Positions 61,459 to 64,000 of a DNA stretch of 64,000 nucleotides are shown here, one piece after another. Source of the stretch: Eukaryota sp. TZLM1-RC (lineage: Eukaryota; Protista; Metamonada: BaSk clade); NCBI GenBank assembly GCA_040285825.1, contig JAUPSS010000007.1, positions 124,001 to 188,000 of the forward strand, in the 5' to 3' direction. The translations under genes and the position numbers were made by a program. Within the stretch, counting starts at the first letter, position 1, and each line of letters starts with the position of its first letter. The notes under the pieces were generated by a model, which had not been told where the DNA came from, ran no database searches, and saw only the letters and a program-made list of their open reading frames with translations.

Positions 61459-62723
61459 ATGTCCCGATCAGTTGATCCTGCACCCGTCTGTGAAGGTATA
61501 TCACTTTCACCATACTGATTTCAGGCTGTAGAGAAGTCGACTCCTTCTTCTTCTGCAAGAATTGTGCCTTTTCCTTATGCAAAGACTGTACTAAATCAAT
61601 TCATTCTCACAGGCTCTTCTCTCGTCATGACATCATTACTGTTGAAGAAGCGTCTCTCAACAAGCTTCAACACTGCAAGAAACATCCCAACTCAACAGTA
61701 CCTGAACTAGGTTACTTTTGCGACGCCTGTGCTGAACCTGCTTGTATTGACTGTCTTCAAATTGGCTCACACAGTGACCATAGAAAATCCGTGGTCTCTA
61801 TCAACGATCGTGCTGATGAATATGCCTCCTCTGCTGACAAAATGGTCGCTAAACTTGACGAAGCTCTGCTTTCTATCCCAGCTTCCAAAGTATTTGATTC
61901 AATCAAGGAGCAACAGACTAACCTCTTGAATCTCATCTATAACGAGTACCAGCGTCTGATAGAACAAGCCAAGGAAAGCAAGAAGCACAGAGTCCAACGC
62001 ATCCAGGAGCGTCAGTTCTTATTATTTGATAAGGTTGATGTTTCTGAATTGGAATCTCTTCTTAATCATGTTGAATCTGACTTTGCTAGCTTGAGGGAAC
62101 AGTTTAAGAAGGCTATTACCAATATCGCTGAACTCTCTGATGAAAAAAATTCTTCAATGATCTCTGACAGAAAGGACTCTTCAATTAGCAAAAGTAATGC
62201 TTCTGGTCTTTTCTCAAACTCAACAGTGCTTTCATCTGATTGCCCTGACATTACCTCTCTTCGCTTTCCTACTTCTAAAACTCCAAGCTTGTTATTCAGA
62301 GCATCTAGAGATGGATTTGCTGCAAGTAGTTTTCATTCTAGATGTGATGGTCAGCCTAATGTTGTGGTATTGGTTAGAGCAACCAATGGAGCTGTCTTTG
62401 GAGGGTTTTCTTCTACTGCTTTTGATAGTGAGGGTGGAATTTATTATCATTCACCAGGAGCTTTTTTGTTTAGAGTCAAGAACAATAACTATCCTTCCCC
62501 TGAAAGGTTTGATTTGAATGGGAATTATGATCAGCGTGCTATTGTTCGTTCCTCAGGATGTGGACCTCGTTTTGGTGGTGGTAGTGACCTGTATCTCTGT
62601 GACAACTGCAACTCTAACAACTCTTCTTACAGTAATTGTGGCTCCACATACCATGGATCCTACCAACAACTAACCCAAGACAAACACTTCACTGTGACAG
62701 ACTATGAAGTTTGGTCGATCTAA
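61459..62723 (+). CDS. Double B-box zinc finger + coiled coil + TLDc domain protein (2 exons: 61459-61495 and 61525-62723)
   Basis: Spliced product MSRSVDPAPVCEGCREVDSFFFCKNCAFSLCKDCTKSIH...H (B-box 1), CKKH...YFCDACAEPACIDCLQIGSHSDH (B-box 2), and TLDc LLFRASRDGF..FHSRCDG...FGGF...GPRFGGGSDL...YEVW. Confidence 0.92.
61496..61524 (+). other. 29-nt spliceosomal intron
   Basis: GTATAT...ACTGATTTCAG. Removal restores CEGC and the downstream frame; the unspliced read hits TGA. Confidence 0.85.
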
Positions 62724-63318
62724 ACAGGGTTCACTAGTGATTTATTTGGGATAATAAAGGTAAAATCAATTATCGCAACAATATTTAAAATACCAACAAA
62801 ATACAGAATGGGGTTTAAATATCTGGCCTTAATGTTTTAAAAAAGATTTATTAAATTTAAAGCAACTGAAATATCTAAATCAAAACCATATAGACTAATT
62901 TAAATAAACAACTATTGAAAATAAGGTCAGTGATTTCACCAACACCACCATTGAAATTCAACGTAACCAAACTATTGGAATTTTAAAGGGTTGATTTGAT
63001 TCTAAACATTCTTTGATTCTAAACATCCCAATTGCAAGTATTTGAAATGTGGGGAAATCACTTAATTATTCAATCAATTATGATTGAATTTTTGATCAGA
63101 TCACTGATTAATCTAGTGAAAAATGGTGATGTGGTCAACTGATAAGCCTCCTTAATTGTTGAGTTGCTACAATCGATAATGAGGTAATCCAAGGTCAAAG
63201 TTCAAAACTAACATTCCTTAGGAGATGATGGGGAAAAGGTTTGTTGATAATCAATGTTGATTTTCCTAGTAATTGTGAATTCATGATCAAGAGTCAATCT
63301 AAGAATGACAGCACAACA

Positions 63319-63860
63319 TCAAACTGAAGTGTAAAAGAAAACAATAATAGATGTTGAAGCACCAATCAAATCACAAATGATTGATTGGTTTCCTTCAATA
63401 GTTTCCTTTACCGAATTCAACACTTTACCGCCATATTCAACCAAAGGGACACTAACAGTAGTTAAGCCAGTTTGAAGTTCATTGGTTTGTTTTGTAAAGA
63501 TTTCCCTAGCTTTTGTGAATGAAAAAAGACCATCTTGATGGAGATAATGACTGTTGTTATCCAATCGGAAACAGATTGACCAAAACACACCCGGTTTTTG
63601 GTCTTCCAGCTGCATAGAGCCAAAAAATGTCGCTTTAGGCACTGCTATATGAGCGATTGTGGGGAACTGAATAACTTTGAGGCAGTGTTTGCACATAGGG
63701 ACCAGATGGGTAGATTGAGGTGTGGTGAATGTGAATAGTAGATCAACCGTGGGGTTTATACCAATGGTTGAGTCACTGTGGATACAAGTACGACGCCATT
63801 AATGTTGACATCAATGCAAGAAATGTGAGTGTCGATTGGGAATGTATACGAGTGTTGCAT
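63319..63860 (-). pseudogene. Uncharacterised interrupted ORF(s)
   Basis: A 125-aa ORF is preceded by a short in-line ATG ORF (MQHSYTFPIDTHISC...) that is broken by TAA. No family recognised. Confidence 0.25.
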
Positions 63861-64000
63861 TTGATGGGGAGAAAGGGGAGTTGAATGATTTCAGAACAAA
63901 CATATACAAACAACAGTTTACCTTAATTAGTGTGAGTGCCAAATCAATATCACTCACATTAACTTAGGTGTGGTGAAATTTGAGGATGTAATGACAATTA

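Overview
AT-rich, intron-poor eukaryotic (protist-like) DNA using the standard genetic code; genes end in TAA, TAG or TGA. The gene style suggests an anaerobic metamonad-type flagellate, but that host call is only an inference. Cellular genes: SRP receptor alpha, a highly divergent ORC2-like protein, a kinase fused to a GATase1/ThuA-like domain, a MYND-finger protein, a secreted beta-rich protein, and a double B-box/coiled-coil/TLDc protein with a 29-nt intron. There is also a family of RCC1-propeller + leucine-rich-repeat genes (3 intact, 2 pseudogenes) showing mosaic, hypervariable divergence. From about 13 to 46 kb the window is almost gene-free. It is a patchwork of decayed mobile DNA: at least three CRE-like RLE non-LTR lineages, hAT, two MULE types (one nested in the other with TIRs and a 9-bp TSD), IS630/Tc1 and Ty3/gypsy. 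It also holds an endogenous CRESS-DNA (circovirus-like) Rep helicase fragment followed by a Cys/His-rich ORF that has a second copy 26 kb away. Best leads: the endogenous ssDNA-virus footprint inside a fragment-library TE island, the diversified RCC1-LRR family, the cryptic ORC2, and a recurring TGACGTGGCA motif. All assignments come from motif recognition by eye; no database searches were run.
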